A stretch of 64,000 nt of DNA from an uncultured delta proteobacterium (GTDB taxonomy: Bacteria > Desulfobacterota > Binatia > UBA9968). Each line of letters starts with the position of its first letter. Position 1 is the first letter of the stretch. The stretch covers positions 96,001 through 160,000 of the forward strand of contig CAWDPO010000024.1 of NCBI GenBank assembly GCA_963804165.1, read 5' to 3'. Below the pieces are notes generated by a model that saw nothing but the letters and a program-made list of their open reading frames with translations, did no database searches and was not told the DNA's origin. Positions 30,838 to 41,673 of this stretch are shown in pieces. Made by a program: the position numbers and the translations under genes.

Positions 30838-31347
30838 ATGTCGCATGCTAAATCCTTACGTGTGATCGGACAGTCCCTGGAAGCCGCGAGGGTTGATACT
30901 TTCGAATTGGAGAAACATGACCGGCACTATCTTGTATGGATTGTTTCCTCAACAAAAGCGGACGAATTGATTTCTCTCAGAGACAAAGATATTGCACCGC
31001 AAAATAGCCTCCAACCCACAGCCGATCCTCTGTTCTGTTTCAGTCCAGCTGACATTTCACGTCTCGATGCCCAGGCGCAAAAAAGACGACGAAATCAGTC
31101 TTCTTCACCTACGCGATTGTCGAAAATGCTATCTCACCAGCTACGTACTTTAGGCGATCATCTTGACAGGATCGAGGTAAGCGCTTTTCAAATTGTCTGG
31201 ACCCCTGGTTCTGTTCTTCTTGATTACCAACCGCTTGACGGGCGGCGGAAAAGTAGAGTATTTACAGCTGAAGAATTGCAGCAACTGTGTCTGCACGGGA
31301 AATGGCTACGGTCCAGCCGTGACCTTTTCCTACGGCTGGATATCTAA
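30838..31347 (+). CDS. Hypothetical protein made of two internal repeats
   Basis: SLRVIGQSLEAARVDTFELE...FSPADISRL versus QLRTLGDHLDRIEVSAFQIV...FTAEELQQL. Confidence 0.6.
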   Translation: MSHAKSLRVIGQSLEAARVDTFELEKHDRHYLVWIVSSTKADELISLRDKDIAPQNSLQPTADPLFCFSPADISRLDAQAQKRRRNQSSSPTRLSKMLSHQLRTLGDHLDRIEVSAFQIVWTPGSVLLDYQPLDGRRKSRVFTAEELQQLCLHGKWLRSSRDLFLRLDI

Positions 31348-31921
31348 AGTTACCAACACAGGACTTTCCCTCGTCTTCCCAACAACGTTGCAACCTGTCC
31401 CCGTTATCTCTACTGCTCCTGTTCCCACTGTAACGGATACGTCGACATAGTTCTTCGCAAGTCTGGGCAGAACACGCCGATGCACGCCGTTAACGGTTAT
31501 TGCCTAAGATGTAGCTACTGGCTTGGATTGTGATTCGAGGCAAACGCGATGCGTCGATTGCGGTGCGCAGGCCAAGACAAGGCCGCGCGTGCAGCCGATG
31601 CAAAACGCTGGCGGGACATTAGCGTCTTGGCAGACGCCAATGCTCCGGACTCTTCGCCTGCTTCGCGATTATGAGCGGATCCGCGCACCGAGTGTGAATC
31701 GACATACGAAGCGTTATAGAATGCGAAATAGAGTTCCAGGCACACAGCTGACCGCCGTCTGCATCGTCGCCGAGCCGAAATTCCACGATTGTAGATCCCT
31801 CAGTTGAGCGCGCCGGCGAAATGCGCGTGCTCAGTTGCGAAGGGAGCACGGGCCGGCGTGCCCAATCGAATTGCCGTCGAATCGTTCGGCACGATCACAG
31901 GCTTGCGGTTCTCGATCGCTT

Positions 31922-33639
31922 TCATGACTGTGCGGGCGCCATATCAGATGCCTCCGGTCGCTTTGTTGACATCATCAACATGTTCCGCCTCGCAGAAGAT
32001 AGAAACATCTGCGGCCAGCCATAATGAAGTTTTAGGATTGTTGGAGTTTCCTCTGTAGTAAAATTTGCAGAATAGGAATCGGTTTCCGGCAAGAGCCTCG
32101 CACTGAACTCCTGCACGATCGCCTCGACAAGTCGCGCCGCGCTAATAATCCCGTACTCATTCGCGATGTCCACATATCCTACTGGGCGATTCGCGCGGGT
32201 CACGAAGACCCGTGTAACAGGATAATCGACCACGTCCGTCAGTGCTGACGGGCATTGACAAACATCGATGGTTCGCGAGGCAAAACCGCTTCCTCGTTCC
32301 GGCATGCCTTTCTTCAGCGTGTATTTTAGGTGCACTTCGCTCTGCGGCAAAGGACCGAACTTCTGTTCAACTTTCTTTGCGACTGAACGTGCCCGACAGT
32401 AGCAAAAGACACCGACAAGCAAACCCCACATCTCAGCGAGAATCAGGCGTCTGTTAGAGCGGGCTGGACGGAGGAAAGAAATCAGCAGACGCCGCAGACC
32501 CCGTTGCCAAAACCAGCGCAACCATAGTTTCAACAGACCTTCGACCTCATGAGGATAGGCGACGGCATTAGTAATCAAATAGCAGCAAAATGCCGTGCCC
32601 CAGGAAAACATTTGCTTACGTAGGTCTTTATCCTCTCGTCGATGGACGTGGCGAACCATGGCACTGGGCTCGTAAAGTAAAGTGTATCCTTCCTTGATGA
32701 CGCGAAAGAACATATCGATATCCCCGCCCCCGTTGGTGGGTGTACCTACGTCCAAGGCCGGATCAAAGAACCCGATATTTTCGAACAGCTCGCGACGGTA
32801 TGCCATGTTCGCGCCTGTGCCAACCTTCCCTATTCCACCATGAGTTCGTGCGATTCGCCTATTCTTCTTGGTATCGGCACGATACCATTTGCGCCGAAAA
32901 CCGCGGCCAAAGCCATGGTCCTTTTCAAATAAGGTCTGCGCGTTTGTCTCAAGTTCGTAGGGGACAACAAGGCCGGTAACAGCCATCACGTCGGGCTCTT
33001 GCGCGAACACGGCAGCCAGGGCAGATACCCAATTCGGATCTACCACGACGTCATCATCGGTATAGGCAATAATTTCACTGCGGGCCTCTACGATTGCCCG
33101 GTTACGTGCCCAGTCCAATCCCGGGCGTGGCTCACTTATATACCGGACGTTAGGATATTTCGTGCACGAGACGCTCGGTTGAATCGTCGCTGGGGGCGTT
33201 GTCAACGACAATTATTTCCAGCCCGGGATATTTGACGAGATTCAAAGAATCGAGACATCGTCTTAAGGCAGCCGTGCGGTCGCGTGTACAGACTGCCACT
33301 GTTACGGTTGGCAGCGGACCGCTGTACACTGGGGTGCGGGACTTCAAGCAAATCTTCGAGGCAAAATCCCGTGGGTTTGATGCCCGCGGCCAGACTGTCC
33401 GACAACATATGTCTGGTAATGGCCCCGATATGTTTCTCCAAGATCGCGTCTATCAGTGGCTCCGCCAGGCAGCGGTCCCCATCTACCGCCAACTTGACGA
33501 ATCCGATAGGAGCACCATGGAGACGGACCAATGCATGCAACTGGGCATAGCCATGCAAACCTTCGATCGTGTCGATTGGGCGACCGAGCTCAACGTCGAT
33601 TACTTTTGCCGGCCTTATTAGATGAATGGGGGCCTTCAA
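31922..33639 (-). CDS. Multidomain GT2 glycosyltransferase, frameshifted, 3' end possibly degenerate
   Basis: KVIDVELGRP N-domain; VTVAVCTRDR, IIVVDNAPSDD, EPRPGLDWARN, YTDDDVVVD, GTGANMAYRR; frame changes near 33335 and 33160. Confidence 0.82.
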
Positions 33640-34881
33640 TCCGGGGTGAAGCTGGACCAAGCTGGGCTCACAGAGATCACACCGGACACTCCCGGGGATG
33701 TTCCCGTAGAGCTCTCTATTCGCAAGACGTGCATGTGCCAGTGGTAGTCGTAGCAGTAGTTCCAGTCGACAGGATAGAGTCCTAGATCGATATAATAACG
33801 GCCCGCGAGGAGGGGCAGCTTCGGTAACTGGCAATAAAGCGTTCCGCTGTTGCCGCGCCACGGCGAAATCGCGCTGACTGATGACACAACGGTCTCGAAA
33901 CACTTCACGTTGGCTTCACTATAAATTCCCAAGATCACGGCCATGTCCGAGAGAGGTTTCGTAAGATCGTATTCAAGCGCAACGGTTACATTATCCCCGC
34001 TTAGCACCGCGTCCGTGGACCTACCTTGCTCGTCAAGGATTCGAACAGAACGAATCGTTGCTTCTTGTGTTCCTACGCGCCTCCCTCTTTCAACGGAGAG
34101 ATCGGGTAAATTTCCTCCCGAGAGTTGCGCCGCGCGCCTTTCCGATCGCTGCCGCATCAAGTCGTTGTAGCACTCGAGAGCGTCCTTTGGATGAGCCTGA
34201 GTGACGACTCGCCCCTCCTCCAACACGATCACCTCGTCGCACAGGATCTGGATCTGGTCCTTATTGTGGGATACCAGACACCAACGATTTCCCGGCTTTT
34301 CGAAAGGCGTTTAATCTGTCGAGGCATTTCTCCTGAAAGCGGGCGTCCCCAACCGCCAATACCTCGTCGACCATCAAAACATCAGGATCGAAATGGATCG
34401 CTGCAGCGAAGGCCAGTCGCACGTACATGCCGCTCGAATAGGTCCGTACCGGTTGATCGATAAAATCCTCCAGCTCAGCAAAGGCGATGATCTCCTCCTG
34501 CTCCGCCAGGATCTGTTTTCGCGTGAGCCCGTTGAGAATTCCCACAGTCACGATGTTTTCCCTGCCGGTCAAATCACAGACAATCCACTGCCGAGATCCA
34601 GCAGGCCGCTCACCTGCCCGCGATGTTCGATACGCCCGCGCGTGGGTCGTCCAAGACCGCAAAGCAAGCGCAGCAAAGTGCTTTTGCCGGCGCCGTTATG
34701 TCCGATGATCCCCAAAACCTTCCCCTGCTCTAGAGCAAAGCTGATATCCTTGAGTGCCCATAGTGTTTCGCTGTCTTTGACTGGAAGCCCAGTATCGGAT
34801 CAACGAATCTACCAAAGTTAAACGCTTGCGTTGAACCGTAAAGCACTTTGCGACGGAGTCTACAATTAATGCGCTAGCCAT
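33636..34881 (-). CDS. wzt: Wzt-type polysaccharide ABC transporter ATPase with C-terminal domain (copy 2), frameshifted
   Basis: Walker A GHNGAGKST (34676-34705), LTGRENI, YSSGM, VDEVLAVGDARFQEKC, Wzt_C-like C-terminus (LPLLAGRYYIDLG). Confidence 0.85.
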
Positions 34882-34922
34882 ACCTATTTCATCAAAAGGC
34901 GCGAGAGCTTTCCGGCACTCTC

Positions 34923-35783
34923 CTACAAAGCATCGTATACGCTCGATAGCTGCCGGCTGTAAATGAACTGACCGAGCCCCCATAACGCAACGCTTGCGAT
35001 CGCCAGAAGCACCAGCGAGCTCAACTCAGGCACATTGCCGTAAAAAAAGATTTGACGATATCCTTGGATGAGAACCGCGAGCGGGTTCCATGTGTATAGG
35101 GCTTGATACTTTTCCCCGACGGTTGTCGACCTGATAGAAAATCGGGGTGAGATAGAACAGAGGCATCACCGCCAAGTTCACCATGTACCTTACGTCGCCG
35201 TAGACGACGTTCAAACTGGCGGTGATCAGACTTATGCCGACGATTAACAGACACTGGATCGACAGCAGCACCGGAAGAAATAGAAGAGCTGGGGTTAGAC
35301 TTCGATCGTAGAAGATCAGCATCGCCAGGAGCACCGGCAAAAACACCAGGTAGTTAATGAGCTCCACCAAGGTATTGACGATGACTAACGTAGAAGGTTC
35401 GAAGTTAGGGCGTCGCACCAAATCACGATTACTGCTAAACAGCAGACTAGACGAAGTAACACAATTGCTGAACCATGCCCACGGCAGTAACGCGCTCAAA
35501 ACAAAGGCGGGATAGGCCTCTATTCCTAACGGGAACAACCTGCTTGAACAGAAACACCAGCGTCAACAGTTGGGTCAATGTAGGCACGATGGACCATAAG
35601 ACTCCGAACGCTGACTTTCTGTATCGAACCGCAAGATCGCGCCACACCAGGTGAAACAACAGATCCAAGCGGTTTGCCCTGGGCTTCACAGGAGTACGTG
35701 TTTTTTACAACCGTTGTTGCGATAGGAAGTCTGATGTACTGCGAGAGACTTCTCTGTATTTCAGCTGCTCTGAGCAATTGCAT
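34923..35783 (-). CDS. wzm: Wzm-type ABC-2 permease (copy 2), frameshifted
   Basis: LVWRDLAVRYRKSAFGVLW, YPAFVLSALLPWAWF, LFYLTPIFY; stop TAG at 34923-34925; start may be GTG 35689. Confidence 0.85.
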
Positions 35784-35918
35784 GGGTGTGGCTATTCTTT
35801 CCAGACAATATTTACTTTCTCTGATCGGGATCTAAAAAGTGCAATGAAGTGCCTTTTGCGTTGTTTTTAGTCTCTTGTAATTGTTGCGTCCGCCGAGGGG
35901 TTCAAATATCCTATCGCA

Positions 35919-36626
35919 TTACCAATGACTGTTGACGGTCATGACCAAGCGTTCGCCTTCGAGAATAGACGGGACGCCATGAAATGTTAAATCACCAAAA
36001 AACACAATGATTGTCCCTACTTCATAGTGTACTTTTGTACTGCCGAACCAATCGCGAAACCATATAAAGTGTCTTAACAAGCGTGCGATAGACGCGCTTA
36101 GTAGATACGGCGAAAACCGTTTACGTAAATTAGGAAACAGCTCCACGTCCGGCCGAGCATGCTGGCCACGTGGCGGCAACATAATCGGCAAAACTAGATT
36201 TATATACGCCCCATCGAAATGATAATCCGTCTCTGCAGTCGTTGCGCCGCCACGAGCATCTTTATAGGGGAACCCGACGACCTGGCGGGAACGTTCGAGA
36301 GGCATCGGGTTTTTTCCTTCGATTTCACGACGCGCGTTATGCAATGCTTCACACATCGAAAATATTTCGTCTGAATACGCAAGATCGTGAGCGAGGGTCC
36401 CCTTCAATTGCTCGTTTTTTTTATTGATGATCCTGCGCGACTCACCCAGCGCCTTGAGTTGAGCAAAAATATCCTCGGCGAGGAACTCGGGGAGTTGCAC
36501 GTATCCCTTGTTCAATATTTCCTGGGCGAGAGCCTTGATCTTATCCGGGTCATTGAAAATATCGAGATACTTGCGGTTGATGAACGTCGATCCCGCATCA
36601 TTATGTTCGTGCAACACGGAAAGCAT
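35919..36626 (-). CDS. 2OG-Fe(II) oxygenase-like protein
   Basis: KGYVQLPEFL, YHFDG (HxD), distal FFGDLTFHGV followed by ERLVM (H...R). Confidence 0.55.
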   Translation of the reverse strand: MLSVLHEHNDAGSTFINRKYLDIFNDPDKIKALAQEILNKGYVQLPEFLAEDIFAQLKALGESRRIINKKNEQLKGTLAHDLAYSDEIFSMCEALHNARREIEGKNPMPLERSRQVVGFPYKDARGGATTAETDYHFDGAYINLVLPIMLPPRGQHARPDVELFPNLRKRFSPYLLSASIARLLRHFIWFRDWFGSTKVHYEVGTIIVFFGDLTFHGVPSILEGERLVMTVNSHW

Positions 36627-36687
36627 CCCTAATCTCCCCAGCCCGGCTTTTTATCGTTAAACATCAGCCTTTTGGTCTTGTCGTGAA

Positions 36688-37669
36688 TCATCTCGATCTT
36701 AGGTACCACTCCACGGCCCGATGCAATGCGTCTTCCATGGTCACGGGCTGTTTGAATCCGAGATTGCGCAGCGAAGTCGCATCAAAGTTTGTCGGCCGAC
36801 AAAACTTCTTAATCCTCGCAGAAGTGATGGGCAGGTCTCTGCGAGTCACAGCCGCGGCAATATCTGCGACATGAGCCAGGGGGGCGGCAATTCCAAGAGG
36901 AACGCTCCATTTAGGCGGTCTCTTCTGAAGGAAGGCGCAAATTTGCCGGACCATGCTCGCTGTAGAAAGTTTCGGTTCATCGACATAGATGAAAGTCTGA
37001 ATGCCTTCCCTCATTCTTTCTATCAGGAAAATCGTGGCCGCCACCAGATTCTCGATGTAGGAGGTCGCTTTGATGGCATCGCCCTTCCCCACCATAATAA
37101 ATCGATTCGTATGAATGGAATCGATCAATCTATAGACGTTGGTATTCGGTGGATTGTCGGGCCCGAAAACTACCGAGGGGCGTACTATGGTAATTCGTGC
37201 CGACGGCTCTCTCTCGGCGAATTGGCGGAAGAGCATTTCACCTTCTGCTTTTGACTCTCCGTAAGCGCCCTGGGGGGCATGCGGGGCTGATTCATTTAAT
37301 GCCGCGGCACTCGGCCCCAACACGCCGACAGAGCTAAAAAACAGCCAATTTTTTATGTTCCTCTGTTCACCGCGCGACCTGCAAAAGTCTGCGCGTCGCG
37401 GTGACGTTGTCGTCAAAATATTCCTTGTCCGACAGCCCCCAATCATCTTTGGCAGCCGCCAGATGGCATACCATGTCGATGTCATCTGGAATTTGTTTCA
37501 AGACTGTCTCGTCCCGCAAATCACCGTGGATGAAGCCGTCAAGGCTATCCACTGTATTGGGGTAGGACTTTCGATCCAAGCCGATAACAGAAAACTTCTT
37601 CTGTCTCAGAAAGGGCACCATGGTATGAGCGATATATCCACTGCATCCGGTTAAAAGAATTTTGTTCAT
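36688..37669 (-). CDS. NAD-dependent epimerase/dehydratase, frameshift near 37385
   Basis: ILLTGCSGYIA, HLAA, FSSVGV, YGESK (YxxxK), RPSVVFGP. Confidence 0.88.
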
Positions 37670-37670
37670 A

Positions 37671-38804
37671 TCAGCTACCAAGCAGCCTTTCGTACAACTT
37701 AAAATTCTCGTTAATGACTTTTTCAAGGGAGAACTCGCTCTCGGCGAACGCGCGGGCTTTTCGTCCCATGGAGATTCTCAATTCCGGGTCTCTGATGAGG
37801 GTGCGCAGCGCATCGGCCAAGGCGCGGCTGTCCCTTGGAGGCACCAACAAACCAGTATCGCCGTGACGTACGACTTCGCGGCATCCTGAAACATCGGTCG
37901 TCACAACTGGCTTTCCACAGGAGGCGGCCTCGATGAGAACCTGAGGAGCACCCTCTCGGTAGGAGGGCAAGCAGACAATGTGAGCTTCCGAAAAGAGGCC
38001 CACCATATCCTGGCAATACCCTCGCCATTCAACCACGCCGCTCTCATGCCACTCTTTCAACTGCGCTGCCGGAATGCCCGCCGGGTTTTCAGGGTCCGGA
38101 TCGCCAACCAGAACAAAATGGGCCCGGACTCCTTCCTGTCTCAAGCTCTTGGCAGCCTCGACAAACTCAACGACACCCTTGTCTCGAAGCATTCTCGACG
38201 CGAGAATGACAGTCGGAATACCCGGGCTCTCTGCCAGCATTCGATACTTTCTAACATCCACGCCGCAGCCCACGATGAGGTTTAATCGCTCACGAGCGAT
38301 GCGAAACTCTTCGTTGAAGAAAGCCAAATCGTCCTGGTTCTGGAAAATGAAATCGTCCCCAGCGCGCTTGAGCAATCGTGGCATAATCGTGGACACAGCT
38401 TTTCCAAGGAGACGAGCCTTTAGACTCTGTGAGGTAAAAGCATAGCCCAAGCCGGTTACCGTCATGAGAACAGCCGACTTACTGGGACGTAGGAATGCAA
38501 GTCCTCCGACGCACATCGCCTTGAGGGTATAGATGTGGATCAGATCCGGTTTCAGCTTTTCGAAGAGTTTGGCCAAATCAAATCCGAACATCAGAGGCTT
38601 TACTACCGATCGATCCGTAGAGTTACGGGACAATTTGTGGAACATCATGCCCTGAGATGAAATCGCATCGATGTCCTCTTCTCTCCGGCTCAGTGCCGTA
38701 ACATGCACTTCCGCAAGGCGATCTCGAACAGCGACAGCTAGGGGAAGCCGATGCGCCACAAAATATTGGGAACGGTTGTCGACAAAGAGAATCTTTTTTT
38801 TCAT
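37671..38804 (-). CDS. GT4 glycosyltransferase (CapM-like)
   Basis: HRLPLA, VTGLG, FQNQDD, SRMLRDKGV, LPSYREG..LIEA. Confidence 0.92.
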   Translation of the reverse strand: MKKKILFVDNRSQYFVAHRLPLAVAVRDRLAEVHVTALSRREEDIDAISSQGMMFHKLSRNSTDRSVVKPLMFGFDLAKLFEKLKPDLIHIYTLKAMCVGGLAFLRPSKSAVLMTVTGLGYAFTSQSLKARLLGKAVSTIMPRLLKRAGDDFIFQNQDDLAFFNEEFRIARERLNLIVGCGVDVRKYRMLAESPGIPTVILASRMLRDKGVVEFVEAAKSLRQEGVRAHFVLVGDPDPENPAGIPAAQLKEWHESGVVEWRGYCQDMVGLFSEAHIVCLPSYREGAPQVLIEAASCGKPVVTTDVSGCREVVRHGDTGLLVPPRDSRALADALRTLIRDPELRISMGRKARAFAESEFSLEKVINENFKLYERLLGS

Positions 38805-38827
38805 TGAAGATTAACGATTCTTACCCA

Positions 38828-38974
38828 GCGCGGCAGAGCCGCAACCAAAGGAGCACAAGAAGGACTCACCGCAGAGGCACAGAGGTCGCAGAGTTAGGAG
38901 TTTGACTTGATAAAATTCTTTCTCGGCGTACTCCGCGTCTCCGCGGTAAATTCTCTCTGGTCCGCTCCGGTTGC
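38828..38974. repeat. Composite intergenic palindromic element (9-mer CGCAGAG-type arms nested in a GCGGC...GCCGCAACC/GGTTGC REP-like frame)
   Basis: caccgcagaggcacagaggtcgcagag (38867-38893) pairs with ctcggcgtactccgcgtctccgcggt (38922-38947); flanked by gcgcggcagagccgcaacc and ggttgc. Confidence 0.65.
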
Positions 38975-39002
38975 ATCTTGTTAGAAGTATTTCCGTAATC
39001 CC

Positions 39003-40145
39003 TCAGGCTACGGATCTCTTCAACGCACGTTCGCGGAGAACATCTTCGTAGAGCAACAAGGTTTCCTCTGCCATTTTTCCAGCAGAAAAATGGCTGTAAA
39101 CTCTTGCTTGCCCATGTTTCCCCATTTCTTGGGCTTGTTCAGGATGGGTAAAGAGCCACGCGATGGCATTGGCCATGGCTCGAGGATCGTCGCGTGGTAC
39201 TAAAAAACCCGTCTCGCCTTCTCTGATAATCTCCGTGAGCGGGGCTATCTTGCTCGCCACTACCGGTTTACCCGCCGCCATCGCTTCAATGACAACCTGA
39301 CCGAATCCCTCCGATTGCGTCGCAAACGCGAATACATCAATCGCGCTTAAGAATGCGGCGATATCACTCTGGAAGCCGACCAGGCGCACTTCCTTTCTAA
39401 GATTTAATCTGTCGATCAGCGACTCTAACTCTTTGCCGTATCCCCAGGGATCATGCCCGGCTATCACCAGAGAGACACCGGGAACAATTTTCTTAAGTTC
39501 GGCGATTGCGTGGAGTAAACAGTCATAGCCTTTACGCGGCTCGAGACGGCCAATAGTTCCGATGACGAGCTTGTCATCCAATGCCCACTGCCGTTTTAGG
39601 TCCGATTGAGATAGTGAAAAACGCTCCGGCTCAATTCCATAGTGGATCACCGATACTTTTTCATCCGGCACGGCCCGCTCTTTTATCAGCCAATCCTTGA
39701 CCGCATGAGAAATCGCAATCACCCTGTCCGCCCTAGGCCAGATAAAGTTGAAAAGAGGTAGAGTCCATCGTCCGGACCACGAATTGTCGTGAATATCGTG
39801 CACCGAACAGACCCAGGGGACGGATGGATGCAACAGACGCCGGCAAGCCCCAGCTATATCGGCTCGCGGCAGATGAGTATGCAGGATATCTGGCCGCTCC
39901 TTTGCGACGAGACCAGCGAGTCTACTAATCGAGCGCAGATCAAACCGGCCATCCGCTTCCAAGCGGATCACTCGGATCCCCTCATCCTCAAAGTCGCCGC
40001 CCAGTGATCGACTGCCTTTGACTTGCTCGCGCAGACACGCCACCACCGGCTCTAGCCCCTGCCGTTTCAGGTGACGGCATAGAGTCAAAAGATGCAGTTC
40101 CGCCCCGCCGGCAGAAAGGGTATTGATGAGGTGAAGAATTTTCAC
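39003..40145 (-). CDS. GT4 glycosyltransferase
   Basis: GGAE, IGRLEPRKG, EGFGQVVIEAMAAGKPVV. Confidence 0.93.
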   Translation of the reverse strand: MKILHLINTLSAGGAELHLLTLCRHLKRQGLEPVVACLREQVKGSRSLGGDFEDEGIRVIRLEADGRFDLRSISRLAGLVAKERPDILHTHLPRADIAGACRRLLHPSVPWVCSVHDIHDNSWSGRWTLPLFNFIWPRADRVIAISHAVKDWLIKERAVPDEKVSVIHYGIEPERFSLSQSDLKRQWALDDKLVIGTIGRLEPRKGYDCLLHAIAELKKIVPGVSLVIAGHDPWGYGKELESLIDRLNLRKEVRLVGFQSDIAAFLSAIDVFAFATQSEGFGQVVIEAMAAGKPVVASKIAPLTEIIREGETGFLVPRDDPRAMANAIAWLFTHPEQAQEMGKHGQARVYSHFSAGKMAEETLLLYEDVLRERALKRSVA

Positions 40146-40170
40146 GTCTGTTGGCAGCAGGCAAAGACTT

Positions 40171-41647
40171 TTAGACGTTTCTCTTTATCACCCGCAATTG
40201 CTCCACTCTTTTTCTTTCGAGCTGCGCCACATTCGCCAGCAGAGCGAGGAAAGTGAACGCCAGCATAGTTTCAATCTGCCCACCGAACAGAGCACTGTTG
40301 TTCCACCAGATCAGCAGATAGATGAGTCCCAGCGCATAGAATTGCGCCCACACTCTATAAGGAGATTCAGCGGGTATATTCTTGACGATTCGGGCGACGC
40401 TCTTTCCCGTGCGAAAGCAGACCCAGACAAACAGGGCGAATCCGATGATCCCCAACTCCGCCAGGAACTGGATGTACATATTGTGAAGTGAGGTTACCGG
40501 CTGTTACAAAAAAAGCATTGCTATGCAGATGAGAGAACGTCTCGGTCACAGCCGTCAGCAATTGAGGGGAAGTGATAACCGCCTGGGATGTAGTAGCCTG
40601 CCATCCCACACCTACCAAGGGGTTGGCTAAAAAAATCCAAAGTCCCGCATAGGCGATCATAAGGCGCTCGGCGAACGAGCCACCGCTAAGATCAGCGGAG
40701 CCTGACACGTCGCCCTGTCGGAAATTGAAGATAGCCAGTGCAGCAGCCGTCATCATGATTGTACTAACCACAGCCCACCTCAATAGGTCGAATCGTCGGG
40801 ATCGCATGCTTGCGAAGTACACGGTGACAGTTACCGCGACGGCAAATGCAGCAGTAGCCGTTTTAGCCAAGTAAAGGCCCAATAAGCCCGACTGCAAGGG
40901 AGACAATCCATGCCATCGACCGGCGGTTCCCGTCTCTCTCAATGAGGGCATATAATACCAATAAACCTGACACGAGCCCTAAAGGGCCGATACCGATCAC
41001 ACCACCAGATCGGACTGCAAGCGCTCCGGCTGCCGTGAGTCCCCAGACGAGCGCGGCCCCGACAGCTACAGTGGCCATAGAAAAAAAAATCAGAGCTTTG
41101 TTAAAGAATTGCATGTCCCAATCTATCCCTTAAAGTAACGCAAAGTACTGGGACAAATGATGCGGTTAGGAGCAACCGCATGTAGGACGCTATAGAAGCG
41201 CCGATGAAAATCCGGCGCGGAAATACGCACTAAGACCACAGACAGACCGATGTATAAGAGAAAGACCAACAGTGGCGTAAATAGTTCGCGGACCTCGGTT
41301 AAAATGGCAGTGCGGCGTCCGATAACACTCCGGGCCAGAACCATGCCGATGAACAAGCAAAACACTCCATCGATGTAACGGAGCGACAATGGGCCAACTT
41401 CCATTAACGGCGAAAGCAATGATGGACTGACAAAGCCAAAGCCAATAAACGCAGCCGCACCGAGTACCGGACGCATAGCCATGAGCAAGAGAACGGGTAG
41501 AATGAGAGGTGCTAGTGCTAGCCAGAAGTTTTTTCCACTCGTAGCTTGCTCCACAACGATCGGTGTTAGCAAACCTATGGCAATGCCGAACAGCCCGAAG
41601 TGAACGATGGCATTGCTTTCTCTGCTTACGAAGTTGCCCTTGTGCAT
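40171..41647 (-). CDS. O-antigen ligase/polymerase (Wzy_C) family membrane protein, frameshifted
   Basis: Many TM segments; SFAERL, NPLVGVGW, H-N-x-Y-I-Q-FLAELGIIG motif spread over four frames. Confidence 0.75.
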
Positions 41648-41673
41648 TTGTTACTCCGGTTAACGTGCGAACT

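Noticed and set aside
29300-31900. Prophage, IS or tRNA integration site at the boundary of the polysaccharide locus
   Set aside because: No integrase, transposase, tRNA cloverleaf or flanking direct repeats were recognised.
35841-35853. sigma54-like GGCACTTCATTGC on the minus strand upstream of the second wzm
   Set aside because: Spacing is GG-N9-GC, one base short; it would be valid only if an indel error is present.
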